A stretch of DNA of 64,000 nucleotides, taken from Eledone cirrhosa. Lineage: Eukaryota. Below the pieces are notes generated by a model. It did not search any database and was not told where the DNA came from. It saw nothing but the letters and a program-made list of their open reading frames with translations. Position numbers and translations under genes: made by a program. Positions 28,522 to 43,369 of this stretch are shown piece after piece (position 1 is the first letter of the stretch; each line of letters begins with the position of its first letter). The DNA lies in contig OZ024746.1 of the NCBI GenBank assembly GCA_964016885.1, positions 47,306,001 through 47,370,000 on the forward strand. Reading direction: 5' to 3'.

Positions 28522-28880
28522 CAGGTCAGGTTAGGCTTCCGCCTGCTACTAGCACCATGTAGCTCAGTACAACCTGCTTCACGGTCGAGTAGTCGGCAAC
28601 GAAACCTGCTCCATCGCCAGACCCTGGTCTGGTGGGAAGGGTAAGGGGAACCCCAACAACATAAAAACAAAAGCTATTGAAAGGGCGGATAAACACCTCA
28701 GAGTCAACGGCCAGTCACTCAGTGAGTTAAATAGCCTCTCCATCCCGCAATTGGCCAAGCGTTGTGAGTACGGCTACATCTCTGACATTACCAAAACCAA
28801 ACAGAAAGAGATGGAAGTCGACCAGAGAGGAGTTCCTCCAACAGAAGTGAGAAAGCCCTGGATTGGGATTGAGAATAATC
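28522..28880 (+). mobile_element. GC-richer island, possibly the 5' region of a LINE (RTE-like)
   Basis: Compositional island with structured segments and no ORF; family assignment rests on loose resemblance only. Confidence 0.3.
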
Positions 28881-31152
28881 GTGTGTATATATTTATAACA
28901 TCATATTTACTTTGAGAACAATACTGATTTTTTGTTTTTACTTTAGCGCACACCTAGAAAAGAGAGTTGATTGAATTCGCTTGCAAATTCTATTCACAAA
29001 ATGTTGTATCTTATTCTACCATCGGGCCAAGGACAATGTTGTTGCTAATTTCCCGATTAGACATGGATCTTTAGATGAGTGAAGAGCTACCGATACGATA
29101 AGATACTGGACAGCCATTTTAAATGTAATGATAGTGTTTCCATGACCAATATACTCGGTTTACAATGGTCCTAACTTCAAAAGACATTAGTAAGCAAATA
29201 CCACAGCTGTTGCATTCTTTCTGTTTTTTATTTGATTTGTTTTCGTCAAAGAAGAAGAGCCAATATTACCTGATGTTTATAGGCATTCCTAGACTGGGTT
29301 TTTCTTTCTTTGATTTGCAATAGAAACCCAGGTGTTTAGTGTCACTGGTTTTATCTATATACCTATATTTTCTATGACAACTGCTACTCATAAAATAATG
29401 AAGATTAAAGATGTTTCGTGGTAGACAGGAAGAAGGAAAATAAAACGAAAAAATCAATGAAATTACTGCATCGTTTTTATTAAGTCAGAGACGGATTAAG
29501 AGAAAACGTAAAGGAGTGAAATCAATATAATCGAAGTACAAGTGAAATTTCTGTCGGTTAGTGTCTGTATAGAAAAAGTAGCTTTGGTAAGAATCTAGAA
29601 AACTGCATTTCTGGGTAGAAAGATATTTAAGGTTTGAGAATTTCGACAAAATAGGAATTAGGGAACAAAAAGAAACTGGGGTTTGAGTATACTTAGGATG
29701 AGATAATATTAAATTTATTAGTTCGGAGAAGCAAAGGGCGTAATAATGAGAGAGATTAGAGAGAAAATAATCAATCTATGATGCATTAGCGATAATGAAC
29801 AACTGTGAGGTCTAGGATGTTTAATGCATTGATGAGTTTTGTGTTTTTCTACGTAAGAAAAGTATAGTGCAGCAGTACATCCTTGATATGTTTAACAAGT
29901 TCCATTTGTATGAGTCCATTATTGTGAGCCATTTTTGATGTTTTTACTTATAGAAATAGTTTGTGAAAGACATAAGATGTCTAAGATACATATGAAAGAC
30001 ACCCGTGCGCTGAAACGTAACTAACAATGAAGTATGTGTGGTTTGAAGTAATATGAAGCAAAATGAAATCTTTATGTAGGTACGATATTAGACTATTAGT
30101 AATTTCGTAGAAGTTTCTGCTATCCCGCAGTTTATCTTGCTGATATGAATACATCTAAAGATAGTTTGAGAGAATTATTCAAATCTCATCTGTTTACATA
30201 TGACTGTAGCTAAGCAGTAGCCACATAGATCCTTATTTGAATAAAACGGAGATTAATGATTACGTGAACTACAGTATTTTGACTCCATTGTAAGCGTTTG
30301 TTTTTTCATATGATATATTGTCACTGATAATATAATTTTCTTTCCAATCAACACAACCATGAAAGTTAAGATCTATTGAAAGACTGAGGCATTGAAAGCA
30401 GAATTGGCAATGAAAATAATATAAATACTCGAAGAAAGCACTGGGGAAAACAACATGAACTAACTTATGATAACGCCACTAGCAAAGATTTGAATTTCGA
30501 TTGAAAACAAGTAAAGTATTCTCCAGAATAACATGCTTAAATCAAATTTCTGTTGAATACTTTTTTGCGAAGAAAAAGAATGATTAATAATATATATACA
30601 GATGTTATACATAAGTACAAGACCACAGTTTTAATGACAGAAGAATGAGATTCAGCAACGCGTGTATTCTTTCAAGGACATGTCTGGCCTAAGTGAAATG
30701 AACTTTCAACTACTTTAGCTAGAATATTTCCTGTTCCTGTATGACACCCGATACAAGCTATTACATATAATTAAGAGAGCTAAAAGATTAAAAATAGTGT
30801 TAGCACGATTCATATAAAATTTCTGATAGACATCGCATCGAGAACAATGAGATACCAAACTGAAATGGCGACATAATCTGTAATCCTTTTTCTGTAACTT
30901 CCAGTATTCCCATGTATGCCACTTAGAAGGAAACGAGTGCAATAGGAAGATTTTTATCTAGCTATAATGAATAGAGATAACAAATGTAAGTTGTATTTCC
31001 TCCTATAAAAACGTTTATGTAGCATATTCCTCACACTTCCCATCAACTCCTATAAAATAATGGTTGCATAAAAAGTTATCAGTACTAGAATCATTTCACT
31101 TCTATCTGTATTTCCGGCTATATCCTCCGCATTTCAAAGCTACAGTACTGAA

Positions 31153-31154
<2 letters not shown>

Positions 31155-31228
<74 letters not shown>

Positions 31229-31300
31229 ATGTATGTATATATATATAATGTATGTATATATATATATATATATATATAATATATGTATATATGTATGTAC
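31155..31300. repeat. (TA)n microsatellite
   Basis: Read directly. Confidence 0.95.
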
Positions 31301-32209
31301 GATAAAATACACAACTAAAGTATAGAATTTAAATAACTAAATTATAATTATGAGAGAAAACGAGAAGGAAAATGTATTATACAATTGAGAATGTAACAGA
31401 ACATGATGACATTTTTGCCGGGACTTGAGGGGTTTGAATAATTTGTTTAAAAGTGAAATATTCCAGAATTAAGCTCCAATGAAAATGTTGTCAATTCTTT
31501 TAGAATCCCTAGTATCCTAGAAGGAAAATGTAAATTGCAGGAAATATTCTTTACATATTTCCCGAGAGTTTCTTCGTTCAAAAAGATAAATGTATTAATA
31601 CACTTACATAGATATTTGTGCACAGAAACAGGCATATATACACATGCACGTAAAGTGATATATTTGAATCGAGATACATTCAATTATATATAAATTTAAT
31701 GTTTTCAGAACCAAGCAGAAACTACTTACTCTGTTGCATTTAACACCACAAAAGTTGGGCTGTTTTAGTTCCACAAATGGATTTGAAAAAGATATATTTG
31801 GTTACATAGAGTTTCTTCTTAACTAACTAACATTGCTAGAGATATAATATAAACCACTGCCCTGTCAGCCGACGGTTCATTATCCTGTCTATCGACTCTG
31901 AAGACTGCGACTTGCTATATTTCTTTCTTTACTATAAAGTAACCTCGATAGGGAAATGTATAGGTGATGCATTGTAATATAATTTGTAACTGATATATAA
32001 TCAAAGAAAGGATATGTATGTCAACTTATCAAAAATATCGACTTTACTTTATTTGTTTTTGATTATTTGTCATTCTTTTCCTTTTATGTATAACTTTCAT
32101 GATTTTTCTCTATCATATAATCGAATATAGTGTTTTCTGTATATCAGATCCATTAATGCACGTGTTCCTCTTTCAAATCTTTGTCAGTTAGAACCAGAGC
32201 AAACTTTAT

Positions 32210-32405
32210 TAATAATTGTTTCTACTATTGGCACAAGGCCAGCAATTATCCCAGTGCATTACTGGTACTTTATTTTATCGACCTCGTAAGGATAAAAGAC
32301 AAAGTTAACCTCGGCGGGATCTGAACTCAGACCAGACCATAAAGGGGCGTAACTCTATGAAGGAAAGCACTGCGTCCGACCCTCTACCGATACTGCCAAT
32401 TCACC
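32210..32405 (-). mobile_element. Near full-length SINE family 1 copy
   Basis: - strand begins ggtgaattggcagtatcggtagag (A-box-like), has B-box gagttcagatcc, family body and (ATT) tail. Confidence 0.88.
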
Positions 32406-32667
32406 AATGTCTAGGAATATGTCTCAGGAGACTATCAAAATATCCAGCTACCAACTATTTATGGTGTAGTACAATACTAAAGCTAGGATAGGAACCATCG
32501 GCGTCTACAGACAACAGTTTCACATTCGGTTGATTCCATCGGCTACGACTGTCCACAAAATGCATACAATAAGGAAACAATGTGGAAAACAAATGTTGGT
32601 GACAATTATAATTTAAACTCGTTTAAAGTGAATAATTAAAGTGTAGTGTCATCAATAATGTATTGCC

Positions 32668-32790
32668 ATTCTGAGTTCAAATCCCGCCGAGGTTAACTTT
32701 GCTTTTGATCCTTACGGGGTCGATAAAATAAAGTACCAGTAATACACTAGGATAATTGCTGGCCTTGTGCCAAAGGTAGAAACAAATAAC
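32668..32790 (+). mobile_element. 5'-truncated SINE family 1 copy
   Basis: Near-identical to 9560-9675. Confidence 0.88.
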
Positions 32791-35700
32791 GTTTATTAAT
32801 TCCACATTCGAGTATAATAAATGGCTATACCATATTTCTAACTAATATTACATTATCCTATGTTTGCTAAGTTTTCTAAATCTAAACGTGCGTCGTGATT
32901 CGATAGTAATTTGGCTACTATTTCTAACAGGTCGCGCAAGCGTGTAGACACTCACCGCATTGATTCGAGAAATGTATTTATCATAGTCGTAATCGAGTCC
33001 AGTATTTTACTTCAATTAATTTTATTGAAAAATGAAGAGTAAAGTTGCCCTTGATGATGAAATTTGCATTTGAGGGGATGTTGAAACTAAATACTTGCAT
33101 GTAGAGCTATGGAATAAATTCAACCCTTAAATGGTAACTCGAACTGTCAGAAATAGCCAAATTTCATTCAAACCATATCCCCGTTTAAAACAAAAACAGA
33201 GAAGAACACAATACCTCCAAAATGACATGATAGTCAGCTCTAGAATGTTTTTAATCATAGATGTTATCCATCATAGTTTATCTAGGATTGAACAAGAACC
33301 CGAGAGTTCTATGATAGAGTGAGATTATGCTTCCACTGAGGATGCAAAGTAAATTCAAAACTTGAGTCGATGATTGTCTCCCCTACCTAACAGAAAAAGG
33401 AAAATAAAATAAAGTACCAGTAATACACTGGGATAATTGCTGGCCTTGTGCCAAAAGTCGAAACAGTTATCTATTTATTACGTCACTTGTCATCGTACTT
33501 TAGTTTTTGAATGTTCCAAGAATTAAAAATTATTTCACTCACTTCTGATAACTTTTTACTTTATTTCTAAACTATAATATTTTACAAAAACTCATATACA
33601 TTTCTGTATATGTATTTATTTATTTATTCTTCCACTGCGGATGTCTAGAAATGCTCAAACACGTTCTAAGTTATCTCCTGTACGAGATGGCCTAATGAAA
33701 AGAAAATCTACTAATATCTATCTCACACCAAATTTGATTCTACCTCAACTTCTTCCGAGTATTAAATATCATATTATCCACTTAGCTAGGTTTAATATTT
33801 ATAGTCTTACAGACAAACTATCTATTGTGAATAGGGTATTTGTGGTGACACACCTTTATTTGTAAATGTATAAAATATAGTGACTACAAAATATGCCAGC
33901 CACATCCTTTATATTAGTTATGTCATTCATTTCCAAGCAACGATGTAAAACCAAACGCCCCCCCTCTCTCTCCCTTCTCTCTCCTCCTTCTCTATATTTC
34001 TTTTCCTTATTTTATTTTGTGAGTTTTGTTTATAGTCTTCCTTTCATTAAATCTGTCTTTTTTCTCTCCTTTTCTTTTCTTTCGCTTGCTGCCTAAATTT
34101 GGTTTATATCTTGCTGATACACTCACAAAAGATTTTATGATATATATGAACGAAGATATCAATAAGATATGAAGATATGGAAAGGAGTGGTGGTTGAAAA
34201 GTTATTGTTATGATGATATAGTGAAGCAATAATAATCGATTTGGTACTTTGATATTGTTAACTCATCAGAAGAAATTATTTATCTTTGTTAATGTCTTTA
34301 GTCTAACCTACCACTTTACCATCAATCATTTGAGGCTATTGAAAATGATATTTGATTCGCCAGAGTATTTTACTTTTATTTGTTTGACTTATATTTTCAC
34401 TACTGACACCAAAAATACATGTTCTTATATATCCATTTTGCCGTATCAATAATTGCATATCTATAATTACCAATCCTTAATTATATGTCCAATTAAGCTA
34501 TTTGATAATATTTCACTAATTCAGTAACAAGCATCAAATGAACTCACACTAATATTTCTCTTCCAATTTTTTTATTTGAAGTAGTATACTCGCACATTCA
34601 ACTCGCATGGTGTGGGAATATATTTGATAACAGCTTTGCTGGTACTTAAACTGAACACGCGCCAAGGTCATCCAAAATATTCACAATATATCATAATAAT
34701 GCTGCAAAAACTTTACATAAACGTATGTTATATTGTTAATTCTGTTGTTGATGTTCTTGGTGTTGTTGTCTCTCCTCATCAAGTCAACCCCTAATCAAGA
34801 GCATTCTAGATGCGACCATCCCTGTACATCTAAGATTGTATTGTCTAATGCGCTCTTCCTCGTCTTGAACGGATATAGTGCGATTGTAGGGAGATATGGC
34901 TGCTATTTCTATCAGGTCAAGTGACCACTAAGTAGAAGTTCCCTCACTGTTGTTTTTATGCAAGTCAACTTTAATTAAACAGTCCTATGGTACGCAGTCA
35001 TGAATAGTAAAGGTTACTGTCTCTACTATCCAGTTTATTTAATGCTATATCAGAGGGTATTTCAAATCTATAAATACGAAACAAGGTCCCAAGATGGTTT
35101 AAGTAGGAATGGAACAATTATGCAGCAGCACCTGTGGAATTATGAGCGGATGTGTGTATGATGTCAACTGTGTACGATTCTGGTTGTGTGCTTTGTGGTG
35201 GCGAGGAGAGGTCATGTTGATATAGGTTGAAGCAAGTGTTTGAAAAAAATGATCCTTATGGTATCCGATTTGGGAAATTGCAGGTTGCAGATGCGCTTTT
35301 TATAAACTAAATAGGCTTGCTAACGTAACAGACAGTTTGATTGCTAGTGTTTTGTGTTATTTTTTAGGTAGTGTTAAGATTTTGTTGGGGTTTTTTGTGT
35401 AGGAATGATAATATCGATGACAGAATGTGCGAGTCGAAGGTAGATGTTGAAGCCACCGTGTATTTTCTATGGATGGTTGAATGTAGTGGTCTGACTTTGC
35501 GTTGTTATTCAAAGAGCGGGATGTGTCGGTTAGTGATGTCAAGGATTAGCCACCCCAGGGTGTTTTAGGGTGCGAATTGGAGGGAGGTGGCCCTGTATAA
35601 GGTTATTTCATTTAAGCTTTTGTAGCTGTTTAGAATTGCTATAATTGTTCCCCACTTCCAGATTCTGAGGATTTCACAGTGATAGTGTGAGTGGTTGTGG

Positions 35701-37268
35701 GTGTTGTTGACCGCAGTGATTTCGTAAGACCCTAGGTGCATAAGGTTTTTCTTCGAGATTTTGGCTGGCGGGCTCTGAAGCTTTTCAGTATTTAGATCCG
35801 CCTGTTGGTCTTTGTGTGTCTGGTGAAAGGAAAGGGAAACACTTTGGTCTATGTGAAAAGTGCATATTTCTTGCCTTGTGGTCCTATCTTCTTTGTGTGG
35901 TTTTTGTTGACTTATGTTCGAGAAATGCTAGTTAAGACTGTTTGCTGTGTGGATATATTAATTTCTACAGTTTAATCAAGGAAGGATGGACAGCGCTTTG
36001 ACCCTTTATCTTTTTAGGGTTTCTGAAAATGGTTATGAGAAATGCAGAAATGTATCCTCAAAAGAGGTACCTCATTGAAACAATTGCAACAAAATTCTGC
36101 TGAGGACCTGGGAGGGCGAGAGGGATTAAAACTAGACGATGTATTTAGTCTACCACTCAAGAACTCAGTAAACAAATAGCCGGTACAAACATCACAAGAC
36201 ACAACGCTTAACAATTCCAGAAACTTTGTACTGAAATTTTGTAGAATACATAAGACAGTAATCTTTACAGAGGTTTTAAAGCCCGCTTCGTGCAGTGATG
36301 TCGTTCTTTGTTGGCATTTATACATACTGAGAAAAACATGTTTTTTCTGTGCTGGGGATTTGAAGTTGATACTACAACATGGAGTGTAGTATAACTGTCG
36401 TTATTGTTGATACTATTAATTATTTTATAGTGTTTTGCTGTTAGTTTTGTGGATTATGTTATATACAAATGTTTGCCAGCTTCCTATTATTGTGTGGGTA
36501 ATTTTTACATATTTCCTTATTTGGTGTTGAGTTTTATTTCGTTTCTGTGTAGTTTTGGTGTAAGCGAAATTTGATTTGATTTTAAACATTGTACAGTGAT
36601 ATTGCATGAACCAACAACTTTGAACTCCACTCTGACATGTTATGTGGCTCAATCGATCCTTTCAAGATTTCCTAAACTTGTAGATATGTGAACTCAACGA
36701 TTAGAAAATTTAATGACTGGTCATGTATGCAACGGAACACCGGTGAGAATACACGAACAGCGAACTCGTCTTTTGACAGCCAGCAACGGTTCTTATAATT
36801 GCTATATTTTAAACTAATCAAATCAGCAAGATCTTGAATAACTCTGCGGTAAATATTGGTTACCTCTATTGATTTTCGCCTTGGAAATATGATGCATATT
36901 TTCAAAAGCGATGTAAAATATAGTGTCCTGCAGTGGATTTGAAGTTACGACTCATTAGTTAGCTGACCAATAGCTTATCCACTCGGGCATTTCCCTGTTT
37001 CAAATGTCATAGTAGAAATTATTAATTCACTAGAAACATTATTCCGCCCTCGACAATTACATAACTTCCGACCTACCACTTTTCTCCTTGTTAGCTACTT
37101 CTCTATCTATCTATCTATCTATCTATCTGTCTAGCTATCTTCCTTCCCTCCTGCCTAACTTCCTATATATCTAATCATCTATCTATCTGTCTATCTGTTT
37201 ATCTACCTTCCTATCTATCTATATTTCTATCTATCTATCTACCTATCTAACTATCTATCTATCTTTCA

Positions 37269-38458
37269 TCTTCTAATTCCTTTGGAAGAGGCGGGCTCTT
37301 TTGGTGAGAAGATCCATCTGCTGCCAACACCCTTCTAACGGAGGGCTGGAGATGCCGTGGTTGACGATGCGCAAACACGCGCTCAGGCTGCGGCATCTCT
37401 ACGTATTCCTCACCGGACAACCGGTGTGGGCCCCGTTCGTGAGGCGAGCCTTCCCACGACTTGTCTCGCTGACCGAGCTGCAGTCTTGGGTCAAGCAAAG
37501 ACCGAGGAAAATGGGCGACTGGCACATCGAATGTGCTCAGGCGCTCACAACCCGGCGATCAGTGGAGACTCCACTACGTCATTCTATAGAGGGTTGATCC
37601 GCAGCAAGTGCGACGACGCGCTCGGTGAAACTCTAGGCGTAGAGGAAGATGAACTGGCCAGTCTGTTCGGTAGGACCATCCGCCCGGGACCGATGGACAA
37701 CTTCCAAAAGTCCCTGGCCTGGCAGTGCTACCGAGGAGCTCTACCAGTTCGAGACAAGCTCTACAGATATGGGCGCCCGGGCAGGGACCCTGCAAAAAAG
37801 ATCTGTCCGAGGTGCGTGCGTAACGAAGAAACGGTCGCGCACGCATTCATACACTGCCCGGACGTCACTAACCTGTGGGGCTATGTAGAACGACTATTGT
37901 CGCGGGTGGGACCAATCCGGTTGACCACCGAGTCCATTGTCATGATCAAACCACCACCCTCCTTCAAAAACGAAGGAGAGGAGGTTTTCCTTTGTATGAT
38001 AGCTATGGCGAAAGAGGTTGTATGGTGGACAACGTTGAAAGGGCTGAGGTCAGACACCTTTCTCTCCGGCCAACAACTGATTCTTTTTTTCAAATACCAC
38101 TTTGGAAGAAGAATCAGGATGGAGAGAGAGGTGCTCTACCCCAGCAAGTTTTATGAAAGGTGGGTGAAAGTGGCGAGAATGGCCCGAGTGAATGGGCCTT
38201 CTCTCTATATCAGCCTGTAGGTTGAGGAAAAGGAGAAGGAGAGGAAATGAGTACAAACTCTTCGTACTCCTTGAGTTGAGGGTTGCACATTTTTTCGGGG
38301 GCATGTGTTACCCATATGAACTGTCTCCCCCTATTGGGGAAAATCGACTAACTTTTTAAATTGCATTTGTCATAACATTTTACACGTTTTTATTGTATGT
38401 AAACTTCCCCCTTTGTATTTGTCCCCTTCTTTTGTGCCCCTCTGGCTAATAAAGAAAC
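37269..38458 (+). mobile_element. 5'-truncated Tx1-clade LINE (same subfamily as 55480-61243) with candidate 16-bp TSD
   Basis: Translation matches 55720-56690 (GPMDNFQKSLAWQCYRGALPVRDKL, KKICPRC, GPSLYISL*); tatctatctttcatct at 37256-37271 and 38460-38475. Confidence 0.93.
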
Positions 38459-38489
38459 ATATCTATCTTTCATCTATCTACCTATCTTT

Positions 38490-38785
38490 TATTTTTATAT
38501 ATTGTTATTGCCTCCTCCTTATTGAGGACGCCTTGTTTTGTAAACTCCCCCCATTGTACTTGTCCCACTTTTGATGCCCTGGTGGCAAATAAAAGAAACA
38601 TATCTTTCATCTATCTATCTGTCTGTCTATCTACCTTCCTATCTATCTATAATTCTATATATTTATTATATATAGTTTATTGTTACTTATTAATGTTAAA
38701 GTTATATATATATTTTTATGTAAAACCCGCGCCGTCACGTCTTGTAATGTCCCATTTTTTACGCCCCTGTGGCAGGAAAAGAAAG
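38490..38785 (+). mobile_element. Two further very short Tx1 3'-UTR ends
   Basis: tgccctggtggcaaataaaagaaa ending ~38598 and gcccctgtggcaggaaaagaaa ending ~38784, each followed by tatct. Confidence 0.8.
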
Positions 38786-40045
38786 ATATCTATCTATCTA
38801 ATGGTCTATCTATCTTTCATCTATCTATCTACCTACCTATCTATCTAACGATCCATCCATCTATCTATCTATCTAACGATCCATCTATCTATCTATCTAT
38901 CTAACGATCTATCTATCTATCTAACGATCCATCTATCTATCTATCTATCTAACGATCTATCTATCTATCTAACGATCCATCCATCTATCTATCTATCTAA
39001 CGATCCATCTATCTATCTATCTATCTAACGATCTATCTATCTATCTAACGATCCATCCATCTATCTATCTATCTAACGATCCATCTATCTATCTATCTAA
39101 CGATCTATCTATCTATCTAACGATCCATCTATCTATCTATCTATCTATCTAACGATCTATCTACCTATCTAACGATCCATCTATCTATCTATCTATCTAT
39201 CTAACGATCTATCTATCTATCTTTCATATACCTGTATTATACTTATACTAGTTGCTTCTCTTCGATCCTTTAATAACAGTAATTTATTCCGGCTATATGT
39301 ATCTATGTTTCTCCAATGTTACCGAAATGTTATATGATTCAGTTGATATTGGCGAGACAAAGCCGACCCTCCCAACTAACCATCTTTCCTTTCCCACTCT
39401 CTCCCTCCCTCCTCACACTCTCTTTCCCTTTCGCACCATTCTCTCTCTCTCTCTCTGATCGTGATACTCATTTCACTTCTGTCTTTTCACTAGCTGCTCT
39501 GTTGAACTGACACACACATATACAACACAACTGCACAATATACTCAAACATACATACGCGCACACACATACACGCGTACACACATATATATATATATGTG
39601 TGTGTATGTGTGTGCATGTATGTGTGCTTGTTTCTGGAGCAATATCTGTGAATACATTACGTGACGATCATGTTCAGGCAAATGAAGACCAACACTGACC
39701 ATATATGTTGTTAGTAGAAACTATCTTTTGTATACAGTATTTCGTGCATGTCGGTAACGCTGGAAAGAGGGTGATGAGAATGTGTCTGTGAGTGTGTTTA
39801 TTACAGAGAGAGAATGAGAGAGAGAGGGGTGGAGAGAGAGGGAGAGAGAGAGGGAGAGAGATGGAAGGGGCAACGCTGAAATTATTTTATTATTCCTACG
39901 CTGTAAATGTCTCAATGGTAAGAGATTACGTGTGTGAGAGAGAGAAAGGGTGAGAGATAGAGAGAGGGAGAGCGACGCCAAAATATTTTTTAATCCCATA
40001 CTGTAACAAGTCTTTATAGCACGTCTTCGTAGTGATGGTGAGGTA

Positions 40046-40086
<41 letters not shown>

Positions 40087-40114
40087 TGTTTGTTCAACAT
40101 TTTGCGATAATAAT

Positions 40115-40382
40115 GATTTCTAGTATAGGCACAAGGCCAGTAATTGGGGAGGGGGGAGTCGATTAAATCTACCCCAGTACGTTACTGGTGCTTTAATTTA
40201 TCGACCCCGTAAGGATGAAAGTTAACTTCGGCGGGATTCGAACACATTTTGCGATAATAATTGTTTCTACTTTTGGCACAAGGCCAGCAATTATTCCAGT
40301 GTATTACTGGTACTTTATTTTATTGTAAGGATGAAAGGCAAAGTTAAGCTCGGCGGGATTTGAACTCAGATCATAAAGGGAG
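40115..40382 (-). mobile_element. Two SINE family 1 copies inserted at the same site
   Basis: TSD acattttgcgataataat at 40097-40114 and 40244-40261; TSD gcgataataat at 40251-40261 and 40383-40393. Confidence 0.88.
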
Positions 40383-40650
40383 GCGATAATAATGAAATAC
40401 AGAAGAGCCAGCTTTTCTACAATATTTCTACCTCCAAAGAGGAACATCAGGCATGTGTTACTCATACCAGTTCATTTATTATTCAATTTCTGGTAGTTAT
40501 GTTGCAATTATTCTGGTAATGTGTTAGTATATAATGAAATAATACAAACATTGAATTGATTATATTAAATTACTTCTATGGGTATTCGTTCAATCGGTGA
40601 TCAATGAAGACTATGACTTCGACTTGACTATATGAAATTGACTGAGTTTT

Positions 40651-40717
<67 letters not shown>

Positions 40718-41354
40718 AGAGAGAGAGGGGGAGAAAGAGAGAGAGAGAGAGAGAGAATTTATGGGAGAAAGAAAAAAAGATGTTGTTTCTTATTTCTTTT
40801 GTTTTTATTGTATTGCTACTGATATTTTCATTCAGACTGATCACAATAATATTTTTGCAAGTGATGCTTGGCCGAGTGATTCAGTCACCATGTTATACAT
40901 GACGGGCTGTTATATAAAATTACCTTTGTACTGTCGTTTTACCTGCCTGAAAGAAATAGCATCCAGATTACAAAATAAAAACAAATCATAGAATAATAAA
41001 CGCCAAGATGCAAAATGATTGAAAGAAAAAAGACAGTTCTCGACGGCACGATCATGGTTGGCTCGCAGTTTATCAATAAAACTATCATCTGCTTTATAAC
41101 GAGAGTGTTTCGATATGGATATTTGACCTGCTTAGTGTAGCGAGCAAATATTTCATCTCCACGATTTCCTTCTCATTCTTTACTTTCAGTATCGCTATTA
41201 TATCTCACATGCCAAAACGTCTTATGTGTGTCTTTCCAGAGCTACAACTCACTGAAACTCCTTCCTCTCTACCTATTTTCCTTAACAAGTTTAAGCTGAA
41301 AAATCACATCGGCCTCAACAGTGACAGAGGGCTCGATATGGCCATGGGTTAAAT

Positions 41355-41518
41355 CAAGCATGGGCAACATGTTTCTAACAGTGGCCCGCATAGAATGTGG
41401 CTCATGATAAGGCAGGGCACACTATTAAAACATTCAGGGCAACTTTTAAATTAGGCCGGCCACTCAGAAAGCCAGACGGGCCGCATGCGGCTCAGGGACC
41501 GCAGTTCGCCCATTACTG
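41355..41518. mobile_element. hAT-type MITE (164 bp)
   Basis: 8-bp TSD ggttaaat at 41347-41354 and 41519-41526; imperfect TIRs caagcatgggcaac / gttcgcccattactg; internal ggcccgc/gggccgc motifs. Confidence 0.8.
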
Positions 41519-42362
41519 GGTTAAATGTTAAAAAGTAGAAATTTCAATAATCCTATACATGTGGGTTGACTGTGAGCATTCGAATCGGCTATCTCTGTGT
41601 CACGTGTTCGCTCAAGAATGTTGGCATAGTTTGCAGATCAAAAAACAAAAACAACTGAGGAGCCTTCAAGCAGTCGATCCACCTGCTAGAAATAACTGCC
41701 AGATTTCCTCAACGCAAAGCCTACCATCTTATAAAAAAGGGCACAATATACAAAAACAAAATAAGTTGGCCGTGACTGGAATATATTTAATTGTAGATCT
41801 GCTCAATCAGATCTGATATGGAGCTAAACAACAACAAAACAAATTGAAACTGAAATATATATAATACATAGTCAAAACAAAACAAGAAGGGGGAAAACAA
41901 ACTGAGTTATACTTATATTTAATTTGTTTTGTGTCAGGTTATCAGAAGAATTAATTATTGTTTTCACAACAGCAATTGTCTCTGAATTCTTTATCTAAAA
42001 AAATATTAAATAGAAAATGGGAATCATTTTATAAAATTTAAGGGAAAGTGGCCTCCAGTTGACTTAGAACACAGAAACGATATATTCTGTAAATTAAAGT
42101 GTGTACAGCTATGTCATAAATAAGAGCTATGACCTTAGCTAAATATTCTGTACACAAGTAGACAGAAAACGTCTTCGTAATAAGTATGAATTGCTGAAGC
42201 AGAATAAAGTCGTTGATTCTTGAAATGCAAAAACCTTTAGGTTGCCAATCTAATGTTTTGCGTAATCAGTGATCCAAATGTTGATGTATGGTGACATTTT
42301 GTAGTTCTTAAAATAAAATAATTCTTAAAAGAAACAAATAATAAATATAAAGATTATTGGTT

Positions 42363-43080
<718 letters not shown>

Positions 43081-43369
43081 GTGTCGCTACTTTCTTTTCA
43101 TAAACAGTAAAAAAGTGACATTTTAAGAGATATTTTCTAATCGTTTAAAGAATCTGTCATTTGATTTGAAGTTGTTTTCATTTAATAATCAATTTATATA
43201 TAACGGAACAAACTTGATATTGTGTTTAAGTGATAGTTATTTAAAAAGACTATCAGCGCAGTGGACGGGGACCATGATGCGGACAGATTCTTAGGTTTCA
43301 TTTATGGTGGTGGCATGTCGAATAGATTTACTTTCCTAAGCATGAATAAGTTGAGAAACGAAACATGAT

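Larger units (their letters stand above)
37100..39225. repeat. (ATCT)n tract interrupted by Tx1 insertions; distal part is a (CTAACGATC..ATCT) composite minisatellite
   Basis: Read directly; aacg-punctuated units at 38845-39210. Confidence 0.92.

Noticed and set aside
36002-36330. Possible host exon after a polypyrimidine-AG at ~36017
   Set aside because: All three frames hit stops within ~30 codons and no recognisable protein or partner exons were found.
36660-36910. Faint Tc1/mariner transposase resemblance (DWSCMQ..., SPDL-like)
   Set aside because: Too degenerate, and no TIRs or TA TSD identified.
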